Below are positions 38,158 to 51,772 of a stretch of DNA of 64,000 nucleotides, piece by piece. The stretch spans positions 1,674,001 through 1,738,000 of the forward strand of contig OZ316775.1 in NCBI GenBank assembly GCA_973851085.1, given 5' to 3'. The translations under genes were made by a program, and so were the position numbers. Under the pieces are notes generated by a model. It saw only the letters and a program-made list of their open reading frames with translations, was not told where the DNA came from and searched no databases. The DNA comes from Ptychomitrium polyphyllum. Its lineage: Eukaryota. Numbering within the stretch: position 1 is the stretch's first letter; the number at the start of each line of letters is the position of its first letter.

Positions 38158-38165
38158 TAGGGTTT
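38158..38165. promoter_or_regulatory. Telo-box upstream of RPL38
   Basis: TAGGGTTT (AAACCCTA on the gene strand) ~190 bp upstream of the RPL38 ATG. Confidence 0.55.
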
Positions 38166-41067
38166 ACCTCCAGCCAGCAGCCATCCTCACTCTTATTATA
38201 TCGTAGTTGGCAGCCCACAGCCCTCCATCCCCGTTTTCGACTCGTTCCCGAGGTTATCTATCTTCCTTCTACCCTGTTACCCTAGTTCCCCTCCTCTGTT
38301 CCCTTCAATCCTATCGTTCCCTTGACTTCCTTTCTCATGGTTCTTTTCACCCGACTCCCCTTTCACACTGGCCTCTCAGTTTCTTAAGGCTACCGTTCAC
38401 CCTGTCCACCTGAACCAACTCTATATCTGCGTTGGGAGCCACCTCATAATATTAAAGCCTGGTCACTCTTCTCACGACTCACGCAGAGAATTGTGCGTTA
38501 GGACATCATACCCAGAATCGTCACTATACCTAAATCCCCCTTTTAAGTGGCGCTAGTATAGATTTCAGAAACACAAATGTAAGCATCTGGGTATTGCTAC
38601 ATTAACGGTTTCGGGTACCCTACTCGGCTCCAAGTCTTCGATTGTCGAAGAGTTCAATCGACGCTTCTCGTTTGATGCTGTCGTTTGTAGTGTCCTGTAG
38701 TCGAGTTCGTCATGGTGGCTGTGACTATGGGAAAAAACTTCGTTGCGCTTCTTTGTTTGGAGTCAGTGTTTAGTACAGTAGTTCTTCCTGACTGTGGCCA
38801 TTGACGTTTATGGCGGGTTGAATGGGAACAGGATAGTGTGGTGGTGACTTGATTGAGCCCCCAAGGAGTACTGTGGCCAGGACTTGAAATTCAGGGAAGT
38901 TGCCCTGCCGAGAAGAAGCTCACTGCTATTTGCGTAGCTTACATTCGAACTGATCTGTGTGAGAGATCTGCGAGTGGGATTGTTTTTTGAACTGTTTTCA
39001 AAAACCTTCGGCTTCAACGAAAAAGCAAAAAGAATTGCTTTTTATTCTCTGCTTGCTTTTTCGCAAGCTTATTCTTCCGTCCCTGAAAATATTTGGAATA
39101 GATTTTTTATGGTTCGCGCCTTACCAAAAAGCGTTGTGAGCTGGTCGGGCCGCTCGGGCACATGATACTTTCGGTATTCATGGAGATTAATGACAAACTG
39201 TGACACTCGGTATTCGATGTACGGTATTTTAAAGGAGAAGATGGACGTGGACGTGGACGTGGTTATGGAACCTGTTCTTTGGAGTACTCTCGCCAAGGAG
39301 CTCTAGCTTCTGGCGTTTTTTTATCTTTCAGCATCTGGAACAGCTCAGTTACTACTCCTTTCCAGGCACTGGAAGAGGGACATAGAGACGCACTCTGAGC
39401 TCAGCCGTTTACTCTATGAAACAGTTTATCCCAGAAAATTTGGTCTTATTGCTTGGATGAATTATGGTGCGACCGATGGTATAATTTCCGCATCAATGCC
39501 GCTTATGATTGTGTCAGCACACTGGATGCGACTGATGGAGGATTCATTATGCTCCATTTCTGAACCACGAGGAAGCCACTGGTAATAACTGTGATGATTC
39601 GGTTAACACGAAAGTAGGTTGAACTCCCTTGTGTTCTCGGCATGGAAGGTGTACGACCCACTCCCCAACTGAGGATGGCTCAGTTGATTACGGACAAATG
39701 ACACAATAGTGCAAAGTTTTTGTTGCGGGCCACATGATGAAAGATGGCAGGCATCCCTTTGCACAGGTGTAATTTTCCATGACTAAAGTTTAGACTGTTG
39801 TTGGATCAGATGAGCGGTCATGGGATCGCATTCATGGGTGTGAATATAAATGAACTAAAGATGATGCATATTCCAGTTGAGATCGCCTTGGGCCATGTGG
39901 AAGGCTGACTACAAGATTTTGGTGGGAGCGACATTGTTGAGGGATCACTTGTGCTGACTTGTGCATTATTGAAGAACGGTCTCTTTGTGCTGCAGGAGTA
40001 GGAATATGCAAGCTGGCCTATAAAATTGGTTCCAGCTAGTGACCCGGATTCGCCACCAAAGTGTGACATTTCGAAATATTATCTTGAAAGGCATGCACAT
40101 GCGCGGGTGAAAGTGGTAATGCACAAGTATAATCCTTTTCATGACTAATCAGATGTGAACCACCGTTTCCAAATTCATGCATGCAACGGATTTCTGGTGG
40201 TGTTGGCCGAGGATTATGAACTCAGACTAAGAGGTGGCTTTACGATCTATCTACTCACAAGCGGCGCAAGCTTCCAGATTTACTAAGAGATCATGATAAC
40301 AACTGTTCGGTGAACTTGATGTGTGAGCTTCGGTGGGATGCTGTACCATAAAAGCAGGTTACACATATTCCGTTTAGATAGCACTGTCTTCATTTCAAGT
40401 GGATTCATAACTTGTACATGTCCTGACTGATTTGGACAGGTTTAGAACGATTGAAATTGTTGGGGGAATTTGCTGTTACGGGGACTTGAATTGGGGTGTC
40501 GAGTGCACGTCTAGTGGGTTTACTTTCCTTGGGACCCTCATACGAAGTTGAGCATCCACGACTAAATTCTCAACTGAATTAACTGCCCTTCGGTTATTTC
40601 TTAACTACCTTCGCAGTCACCGTGGACCTGCAAGCTGGCTTGGTATAGCACTGGTTTGTAATGAAAATATCCCAGGTAGTACTTTGAGCTGTGTGCAAGC
40701 GGCTTCTATTAGAGTGCACATTTCTATGAAAGATTGATTGGTAGCCGTGAGCAACGAACATTGGAATCTGATGCCACTGGATCACATTTATGTTTTCTGG
40801 AGTTACTGATTCGACGTGTTACAACAATTTGTCCTCTCAAATTTTCAGATCTCGGATGAACTTGCCTCGCATTAGAACTCATTTTATACGCTCGTTGAAA
40901 TGCCTAAGAATGTGACAGGGCTCATGACGAAGCTGACGCAGTCACAGCTTTAGAGTTAGTTCAAGAAAATTCTGTACAACAGCTGGTTTCAGCAGAATCA
41001 AGTTTCTTCATTCGAAAGCTTCGTGGTGATCTCCTTGTTATTCAATCCGAATCAAATTACAAGAAAA

Positions 41068-43043
41068 ATGAAGAAAGCCATGGCGATTTACCTTGTCTAT
41101 GCAATTGCTGCAATTTACTTTGTCTCTGCAATTGCAGTTACACAGTTTAATTTTGACGATGATGGTATGATCATCACCCCCACAGCACCGCCCGTGATTC
41201 TGCCAAAGCCTTTACCACTCATTCCGGGACCAGGGGGATCGTGGAGCCCTTCAGCGCAACCTTACGAAAATTCATTGATTTCCACGCAAGAACCATCTGG
41301 TAAGCTTACTTCTACAAATTCCTCTTCGACTATAGCATATCTTTCTGTCTCGAGCACTATATCAGAATGTTATGTTATTCACACATGGTTTGGTTTGTCA
41401 ATTATTTTTCATATGCTCCGCATTGAAGTCTACGGGTTCGTTAAGGTGAAAATCAAGTGTCATTTATTCTGGTGATGCAATTCATATGTGCAGTTATGTT
41501 CGACTACAGCAATGGGCCTAATGGACCAGACCACTGGGGTGAACTGCAGGCCCAGTGGTCACTATGCAAGTGGGGTACTCAGCAGTCGCCCCTCGCCATT
41601 ACTCCCTCTCTCATGATCACCGACAGCACTTTGGGCGACCTTAAGGCCAATTACACTTCGGAGCCGGTCAATGTAACTGTTTCACACGATGGCCTTGATC
41701 TAAAGGTGACTGCTTCTCACAATCCCTTATGACACAGTCGAAAATATATTCCTCATCCAAATTGATGCCTCGTGTTTTTAGCGGAACGTCTGTGGTCTTA
41801 GTAAATGTGGAGGATTTTTGTATACATTTTGCAACCAAATTTTAGTAAATGGCACTAGACGCGGTGCTTTTTTGTGAAGATTGCATCCCCTGTTTTGTGA
41901 TAGGTGATCGTGCCATCCAGCGCTGGAGTATTGAAAATCTACAACATCACATACCGGCCTGTTTCCTTCCACTTCCACAGACCTAGTGAACACCGCGTTT
42001 TGAATTACAGGTATACACAATACTTGTTCAAGTTTGTATGTGCTTCAATCAAAAATCATTCTGAAAAAAACTCACCATACATTTCATGTCAGCAAAGAGA
42101 ATTTTTTAATTGTGCTTATTTACTTTGCGTGTCTGTGGTGTCTCCTGATTGAGAATTTAAACCCCTTTAACGATGCATCACTACGTCAGTTTGTTTGACT
42201 AAAAGAATGTTCGCTTGTTATCAACTTAGTTTTCCTTTGGAGCTTCACCTCGTACACAAGTCAGAGGATGACAAGATTGCCGTGATTGCTTGGCTCTTCG
42301 TCCCCGGCTCTACAAACAACTCTTTCTTAGCCCAGGTTTATTATCCCCAATTTTAACAAAAAATTTATGACTGTTCCACACGTATTTATATATTGCATTT
42401 GGTGTATAGTACTAGGTTCTGACCCGTCAAATGTCGTATTGGAATGTTGGCAGTTCCTTGATGAGCTACCTACACACAAGAACCCATATTCAATTCTTGA
42501 AATCCCACCAATCAAACTTCCAGTCTTGGAGCCCAATTATGGTCGATACCGAGGCTCCCTCACCACTCCACCGTGCTCCGAAACGGTCATCTGGACTGTT
42601 ATGTTGTGGAATGTAAAGTTCAACCCTAATTTTCATTCACCTATATGTGCTCTGAATTTCACAAGCTGATGAGAAATCTAGAGCTAAATTATACAAAGAA
42701 ATTAACGAATCGTAATAAGAACCGTTTCTTGCATCAAAAATGAAAATCTGAAAAATCACTGGTTTGGGGATGTCAGTTTCCTACTGTTTCAGATTACCAG
42801 CTCAAACAGCTCAAAGCCGTAATGCCAGTGCGTTCTCCTTCCCTATATTCTTCGTCTGTTTCATAGACTTTTGTTATCGCTTGTTGGGATTTGTCATCAT
42901 ATTTCTTCATTGAGTTGGCATTCTCGGGGTTGCAGAAGAAGAATGCTCGACCCTCGTTTCCAAGCCGGGGAAGGAAGTTTCGCATCAATCACACACCAAA
43001 TTGGACATTGGTGAAACAGGCTTTCAAGGACAAAAGTTATTGA
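41068..43043 (+). CDS. Secreted alpha-carbonic anhydrase, 7 exons
   Basis: Exons 41068-41299, 41494-41705, 41904-42010, 42230-42335, 42454-42612, 42777-42827, 42936-43043. Signal peptide, Pro-rich linker, FDYSNGPNGPDHWG, CKWGTQQSP, Zn ligands FHFH..SEH and ELHLVH, YRGSLTTPPCSETVIW, NARP. Confidence 0.93.
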
Positions 43044-46000
43044 CTTTCTTGAACGTGTAAGATTCACACCAAAACCACCAGTATATCGAGCTCAACTATC
43101 CTAAGCATGATGCGATAAGACTGACTTTTCTGCGCATTAGGATCTACAAACTACACAGTATAAGAGCAATTTTAGCGCAGTAAAGTAGTTCGTCGTTGAT
43201 TTGGCTTCTGCCGTTTTGGTAGCAAATTCAAGAATCGTTGTCTGTCTTGGCACCATGCATCTTTGCTACAGAAATCCTCTTGTGACGAGCGATGGAACTT
43301 GTGCCTATGAAAGAGTCAGCTATCAGCGTGTTCCAAAAGAGTCGGAGTTTAGTCAATAAAGTATTTAATGAAGCACTGTTGCAATCTAAAATCAGCGCAC
43401 TTTTTACATGGACTCGATGAACTTTCAAGGCTTCAATGACATACTCTGGAGCGCAGTAACTATCAGTTTTCTGAATGTATAGAGTGAAAAGGATCAGGAC
43501 AAATGCCAAACTTGGCGCAAGAATTCATCTTAAACGAAAACGAATTATTTGCTCTACAAACTCATATTTTAAGCGACCGATAAGGAGTCAGATACTAAAG
43601 TTACCACGTGCTAGGAGTGTCTTGTTAAATCACATTGCATAAACCATGGAAACACCATACTTTGCACCAAACTCACCACAGTTTGCGTTATGCAATGGAT
43701 AACAGTTTTGGCTGGTTCAGTGTGGGTTTTCAATCGTTAAGGAAATTGATATCTTGGAGCTGGCTGCTTACTTTGTACACAATAGTGGCTTCTTGCTTCG
43801 TATACACTAGATACTTCAAGTATACCCTAGGTGTATGTGTAGAGTAGTGTTGATCTGTTCCGTTCTGGAGTCTGATATGTTGACTTGTCATAATTTTACA
43901 TAATCTACCTCAGGCTAGACCTGATTTTTGTTCGAAGAAACTTTTGATATAGTAGGTGAAAGGTGGAATCGAAGAGACCAACAACACTGGCGTAGACTCT
44001 GCAATTCCCTGCAGAATCCTTGCCAAATACGCCAGCATGAGTATGGATTTGTATTCTAACCAAACGTATCTCCCAACTGGTTATTTGGATCATCAAAATA
44101 AAATGTAAATCCTTGCTGAACATTCATACTGAAGGCAGCCTGAAAACTATCCAGTGACAGAAAGAGAAGTTAGCACTACGAAGGAGGCAAGGTTGCAGTG
44201 GACGGCTTCTGAGCTACTACTAGGCCAACCAGATGCAATGAGTAATATGGTCATTGAGCCTCGCTGGATCGCATGGTAGTCAGCGTTTGGTCGGCCAAAA
44301 AGTTAGGAAGTGCATCTGGAGCAGGCTTCAATCTTCAGTGATTTTTCACGACTTCGAGGTATCAGTTGTTCACATGTTCCAAGGAAATTGACCAATCTAT
44401 GTTACTAGAGCCACTTTCACCACTGGCTTGCCGATACAGCTTTCATGCTTGCCCACATTCACCCGTCCCTTGCATGACAAGATAAGTTGAAGCTCTAAAC
44501 AGGACCACCAAACTCTCTGAGAACTTAGACATGCAAGCTGATGAGCAGTGCTGTGATGCAATTTGTTGGTAAAGTACAAGTTGCCACGTTTGTACTAAAC
44601 TTTCAGTAACTTCAGGTTGCAATTGTACACAACAATGGAGTTAGGTAATTGGAATAATGTGTTCAGAATGGTTCCTGTGGCCATGACTAGGAGGGAATAA
44701 GATTTTGGAGATTGACATACTTTTGTCAAGCATAGTTTGTAGTCATCATGTGTGCATACATCACAGGTTGATGGTGGTGTACAATATGCTACAATCATAG
44801 AGCTGGTAGACCCTGTGCTTACTCACAAAAGTATGTGCTAGGGGGAAAGAAAAAGGGAGAAAAAGAATAAATGATAACTCAGTTCTTTACCTTCCTCTTT
44901 AGACCGTGAACATGAATCCAGATGCTTTGGACCATTTTTTATTTTGGATTTGTCACAATCAAGAAGTAAGCTTGTTTAAAGTATTGTAATCTAAAAATTA
45001 TATGTATAATGTAATGATTTATTTTTTAGATTTTAGATAAATGCAAAAATGGCAACACCGTGTATTATGGTATAATCAAATATTTTCATATTTATTCATA
45101 TTTTGGTTGGAACTTTCTTATCTTCATACAAGTCCATTAAGTTTTGAATCCAAATTAATAAATGTAAAATGAACTCAAAGTTAATTAAGAGGTGGGCTCA
45201 TGACTTAGCAACCATTCTTTGAACATACAAAACATATATAATTGAACTTACTAAAATGAAAAATTTACTTTAGATATGGTTTATTTGTTATTAATTTGTG
45301 AGACATTCAACCAATTTGTGGTACCTGTGATTAGTATTGTTTACTTTTGTATAAAGGGAAATAGTTTGATACCATTGTTTTATGTCCAATGGATACAGAT
45401 ACTTATTTAGGGCAATGCCTTTTAAAATCTTGGATTCTTCTTCTTACTTTTAAACCTACAAAATGTCACTAATTTGAAGTTATTCAATGCAAAATAGGTA
45501 TGGATTAGTAGTAAAGCATGTGGCTTTAGAAATCAAATATTCCACAAAGATACAAGTCCTTTTGAAAATGCTCCACACTTCTTTTTGAAGAAGTCAAGGT
45601 TGGTGCAAATCAAGCACAATTTCTCAAATTCCATTTCTACATATAAACATAATTTATAAGATGGTTGCATTTATTGTTTTTGTCACAACTATTTTGAATT
45701 CTAAAATGAACAAAATTTTAATTTCTAAAGAACCAAATTCATATTTAGATCTAAAGATTTTTGAAAATCTAATATAAAAAGAATTTGGAATAAATCTAAT
45801 CTATTTTTTAAATAAAAATAATGAATTTTTATTTTTAAACCTTAAATACAAGATTGGATCTACGATTTTTTATACCAATATTCATATATGAAATTGAAAC
45901 TTAAAATCCATAATAAACAAAATCTTGATAAAGTCAATGTATTTGAAATGCAAAACCTTTAATGTGGTGATTTTTTTGAGTATCTATACTGTTTAAATAA

Positions 46001-49000
46001 ATAAAGCCATGCAATCATATAATTTTGTTTTAAAGAAGCTAACTTAAAGTAAAACCTTTTCATTTTTATCAAATGTAATTCCAATCTTTTAATCATAGGA
46101 GGTATTTTTATTTATTTAATTGGTAGTAAACAAAAATTAATCTATAATGAATTATTATTTTTTAAATTCTATATTATGTATATACAATAATATTGTATTT
46201 ACAACCTTCAAAAGATTAATACATTTTGCAATTTTACAAAAACCGGCATTCACTATTTAGATACATAGCTTTTTAAGGTGTAAGAAAAAAATTCTTCCAC
46301 CTTAAAAATTAGAAGAATAAAATTTTGAGTAATTGCTTGTTAGATTTTTATAAATTGTTTATAAGGCTAGACTTTTTTTAATTAAAACAAAAATCTTCTT
46401 AAAAATACTAATTAGACTTTTAGAAAGATATTGGATGTGAATAATCATAAAATCCAAATTTATATGAAAATTTTCCAAAAATGAAGAAGAATATTCAAAT
46501 TTGCTATACTATGAGGTTTTTCATCATTATTACTAAGTAGATCTTCTTGCGCTTTGTTTTTTTATCACTCTTTTTGAAAATCTAGATCCTATGGAAAGAC
46601 AAATCCTTCTATTTTAATCATTTATCACAAAATTGTTTCACAACTAAGAATCATGTGGTAAAATTATTCTCAAAGATTCTTTACTTATTAGATTTTTCTT
46701 TCCATTGTGAAGTTATCATTATCCTTAAGCCACAACCTCCCTCTATAAGTGCATTGTAGATTTTTTTGTGAAGCCACCAATTGCAAGATCCAAAACCACC
46801 ACAATTCATTATTTGCAAGGAAGCAAACAAATGAAGGAGGAGGTCGTAACTCACAATGATATCATTGTGAGTGAAAATTAGTATAGCATATTCTGGATTT
46901 AAAAAATAATCTACATAACAAATGTTGGAAATGAGTGCTTTCCACTTTCAATAAAAATTTAATTTCAACACGGAAATTAAAATTGTGAGAAAAGTGCATT
47001 TTTAATAAAGCTTTCTTCTTGCTTAAAAAAAACCTTTTACCAAAGCTAAGACGTTGAAAAACAGCTAAAATTGCACAAGGTTCGTGGATACAGGACACTG
47101 GACCTTAAGATTACTGACCTAATTTATCAGGCATTATAGGCACACCTATGTTAAGGTTCCTCTCTGTACTGGTATGTTTTATTTTGAGGCATGACTACTG
47201 TGATAAGATTAACAACTATGCCATTATCTTAACCTAAATAAGCAGGTCATCAGCTTTATGATTTTTTTAAGATTTTGTTTCGATCTTGCCTCTTATTTCC
47301 TCATTAATGATTCACCATGACTCCCCAGTATTGTTTTCTCCATTTTGGGTAGATTGCCGGCTACAACGTTATTTTTGGTGTTTCCAAGGTGGCTATCTGT
47401 AATGATTTTCATCTCAGTAACTATATCATATACATTCACATCTGTTATTTTTCCATGCAAGTGTGCAAGTTTTCATCCAAAATTGGCTAATCTTTCAAAA
47501 GCTGATACTGGCATATTTTTGCATCATGTAAAAGCCTAACGACTCTGTTTCTCTTTCTTACAGGCCTGTGCCTGGAAGAATGCATGTCCATTTTTCCACA
47601 CAACATTGACCTTGACATTTCACTGATATTTTTCTTTTGAGGTCATTTTTTTCCGAATTTCCATATTTTCAAAAACATTTTCCTCATCCGTAGCTAACAT
47701 AAAGGAACATAAAGGAACATAAAAAGGAACAGAAGAAAATGCTAATATTTACAATAATTGATTAATCTATCAATTATTTATATGACTTTAAAGTGGGCTA
47801 TCAAGTATTAGGGCAGGTTTTTAATTCAATTATTTTGATACTAAATGATAAGAAACCTTAATTTAGACACTTTGAAAAGTAGCCAATACAATAAAAAAAA
47901 AAGTCATGCACATTTCTTATATTAATAATATTTTTAAACCAACAATTCCAATACATGAATAAGATAATTAATTTCAAAGTTGTAATTTAGAAGATTAACA
48001 AAAACTGGTCATTCAATGCATAAAATTAGATTCGAGCAATCTAAGCAACCAACCACTTTGGTCATGTACAAAGTTCAAAGATCAATTGATTTCAAACTTC
48101 ACAATTTCTATGTCATTTATTATTAAATTCAATTGTAATATGTCAAGTGGCTTTATTAAATTAATCAATAAAGAAAATAAATACAAAACAATTTTTCATG
48201 TTAAAGTAGATCCTTTGGGGTGGAACAAACAAACAAATTATTACACTAGTTTCTTTGAAAAAGCAAAGTTTTTTTAATTTTCTTTTCTTTTTTAAATAGA
48301 CTTCTTTAAAAGTAAAGACTTTTGTATTATACCTATTTTGAAAACCTTGATATTTAAACAATAATATTTAAAAATGTAGCAAATGAAAATGGAGAATAAA
48401 GTCCGTGAAATAATAAATTTGGATAATTAATGAATATGTCATGAATACTTAACCTCGTAGACCTCCTTCTTTTGGTCATGGATAGTTTAGACAAAGTAAT
48501 GACAAGGCAAGGCTTTAATTTGAGCTACATTTCAAGGGATGCATTGTTGTTATTGAAAGTTTTTTAGCCTCGATTTCTATATACATTAGGAATACAAGTC
48601 TTTGAAGCTTCTTATAAAACTTCCAATATAATGCTTCATGCTTAAACAACCTTAAATTCTTTCATTGGAAGCTTCTTTGTCAAAATTATGTTTTTTAAAA
48701 GCTTTCTTGACCTTTTTAAACTTTCTAGGAACCTTTCCAAAAGCTTATAATGTGTATGTTCATGACATTGGGTTATAATAAAATGGAACAAAAGAATCCA
48801 TATAAAATTTTTAATGGACTAAAATTGGCAAAGCCACTTATGAAAAGAAAAGAATTTTTTTCATACATTAAACAAATTGATCACAAAATCTATTGCTTGA
48901 AGGAATAACATCTTTCTTTTTAGAAATTGTGATTCATTATATTTTTAGATTCCATGGTATTTCATTCATTATTTAAGTATGAAATGAAAAGCTAGAAGAG

Positions 49001-51276
49001 AAATAAAATTGAAGGGTTTTACTTCAGTGGTAGAATACCACACTATGTAAAACCAATTGTGTTGAATTACTACCATTTTTTCTTTCTTTTTAAAAAAAAA
49101 ATAACTTTGGTTCTTTTTTGATTATCTTTCTTTGTATCATAGTAAAAAAATCATTATTTAAGAAAAATTTACAAAATGGCATAGATTTGAGCCTCTAAAT
49201 AATTGTTAATAAGCAATTTTTTGATTATTTTTATTTTTATTATAATTTAATGTGAATTTACACTTGTTTAAAGTTTGCAATTATTTAGCTCAATTCTTCT
49301 AGACTTTCAATTTTTTTTCTTTTCTTTTATACAACAAAAATTAATGTAAAAAATGCCAAATGCCACTACAACTATCGTCTATAAAAAATAAAATGATGAA
49401 CATGCTAAATAGGAATTTTATGCTCATTGTAAAATAATTAATGGAATATTAAATGAACAAATTATTTACATTGCTAAGCCAATGTAGCCTTTTAGTTTAT
49501 GCATTTATGCATTTAAACTTTCATTTATGCAAAACAAAAGTTAGTATATAGAGTTTTTTTTTAAAAAAAATCTTGTTCAATAGAATTAATTTAATTTGGA
49601 AATGTCTTCAATTTTGTACACAACAACCATTCTATTTTTGCAAAAACCTTGTTATAAGCAACAAATTTTTTGGAAACTTGCTTCAATTAAAATTACAAAA
49701 TAATTTCTTTGAAAAAATTATAAAAAAAGAAAAGGAAATGAAAAATTTAAATTTAAAAAAAAGAAAAAAGAAAAAAAGACTACAATAAATTAAAATCAAA
49801 ATAAAATAAAAAATAGTGATATTAGTACTAATTAGAATATACATAGTATATATAGATATAAAAATTAAACTAAATTAAACTTATTTGTGTTTATTTTCAA
49901 AAAAAAATTGCACTTAATGATATCAAATATAAAGAAAAAAATAATGAAACCTAAATTATTCACATTAATGAAGCCTAAAATGTATTCCTAATACTTTTTT
50001 TGTTATATTGCTTGGTGAGAAGGTAAAAGTAATCTACTATGAAATAAAAAAATCCAATTCAATATTTATATTATTTAGAGCTAAAGAATTTCAAACATGT
50101 TTATTTAATAAATGGATGTTTTGGAAAGTCAAATGAGTAGATCTAAAAGGCTTTGCTCAATAATGTCAATTCTTTTTAAAGTGTGTTAAATTAGTTAACT
50201 AATTTTTTAGTCATATAATGTTTTCACTTTGATTTTCATTCCAATATGCAAATTTACAAAAATATAATAGTAATCAAATGACATGTTGTTCTTTCTTGAC
50301 ATACTTTACAGCAATAAAAAAAGAAAATTATTTAATTTGAAAAAGAATTAATATTTATAGATGATACAAAGATGTGTATTTGAAAAAGAAAAGTATATAG
50401 TAAAATTCATATATTAAGGTGTGAAAAAAAAAACACAAATGTTAAAAGGTTAATTAGTAAGCTATTTGAAATAAATAATTATTATTGACAAGAAAATGGT
50501 TGTCATTTGTTTCAAAATAACCTCATAAAGTCCAATGCGTCATAGGTTGTTAAATACATGCAGAGAGTTCATTTAGAATACTACAACTGATTCACATTTT
50601 GTGTGTGCATGTACTTTTATTTCAAAAAAAATTCTATTGACTGTTTCATACAAGCATATCAAAAGCATGTTATGAAGGATGACATACACATGCTCATTCA
50701 TAAGTTTTACTGAACTTCTACATCTTGTTGATTGTATGATACATAAGTAATTCATATATTATATTTATCTTATTCAAAATTTAGCTAATAGAAAATCACA
50801 AATTAGGAATTTTGGCCCTATAAAATTAGATTGACTTAAAAGACACATGTACAAACAATTTAAGACATCATATTACTACATTCTCCTTGTAAGATAAACA
50901 TGACAAGAGCATTCACACACAACTACATCCTTAATGAAAATAATAGGTGCTCCCTTACTACAACGGCATCAATAACCATAACTCTAACCTCATTTGCAAA
51001 ACCCATGTGAGCCCCAAAAACCAAAGCCATTCCTCCCAAACAAGTTCCACCGGTACTCCAACAGCATGAAACAAACACCCACAAAAGACAGTACCAGAGA
51101 CCCCAGCAGTATATTCACTAAAGAATGGTGGGAAGCGAAACACAATCCACCACTGCGCTGCAAGCAAGCAAGCAAGGGTGGGGTGAGCAGTGAGCAGGAG
51201 TGAGCATACATAGTCTTTGGTAAGAAAAAGGGGGCGAAAGATGACACATTTGAAAAGGCTAGAATCAAGGAAAGCA

Positions 51277-51324
51277 GCCCCTCTTGTGGCCCCTCTTGTG
51301 GCCCCCCTAGTGGCCCCTCTAGTG
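51277..51324. repeat. 12-bp minisatellite x4
   Basis: GCCCCTCTTGTG, GCCCCTCTTGTG, GCCCCCCTAGTG, GCCCCTCTAGTG. Confidence 0.85.
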
Positions 51325-51418
51325 GAAGGGGGCTAGTGTTCTCGTGTGGGCACAGCTACTGAGGCGAGAGGAGAGGCAGGCTCTGAAAGTTCAACCTCGC
51401 GAGCATGCTCCTGCAAGC

Positions 51419-51772
51419 ACAAGGCTGGGGCCTGGGCTGAAGCCTAACGACTTGTCAAGCCAAGCCAAGCCAAGCCATCTCGATGATTGACTGAATCCAC
51501 ATCTCACCACCATGTCGTGCACCTCACTCATATCAGACCAGTGTTGATTGTGTTATGTATTCGCCTGCACGCTGTTGCCTAGAGGTGGTTGTGACCATGT
51601 GACCATGTGGCCATGTGACCAGGTTGGTCGTGATGATGTTACACTACAGTGATGGTGTGGGATTCGTCTTGTGAGTGATGGGATCAGCAGCCTGACGAGG
51701 TCGTTCGCCATAGCTGGCTGAGAAGACCGAGTGCGGTGTGTGCTTGGATCAGCCCTGGCAGCCCGGCCTTGT
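51419..51772. other. Imperfect long fold-back (candidate structured ncRNA or hairpin precursor)
   Basis: 51419-51440 is imperfectly complementary to 51749-51772, and 51446-51460 to 51690-51705. The interior contains an 8-bp x4 repeat (TGTGACCA) at 51590-51621. Confidence 0.45.

Noticed and set aside
37721..38285. Plus-strand ORFs antisense to RPL38
   Set aside because: Shadow ORFs of a GC3-rich gene with no recognisable motifs.
39591..39672. Possible C/D snoRNA (GTGATGA...CTGA)
   Set aside because: No terminal stem and no convincing rRNA-complementary guide seen by eye.
44170..44280. LQWTASELLLG resembling kinase subdomain VIII
   Set aside because: No flanking HRD, DFG or subdomain IX; likely chance.
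45000..50900. Long AT-rich block and its short ORFs, possibly old transposon debris
   Set aside because: No termini, LTRs or transposase/RT motifs could be supported. The same applies to ~12000-15100 and ~57300-59700.
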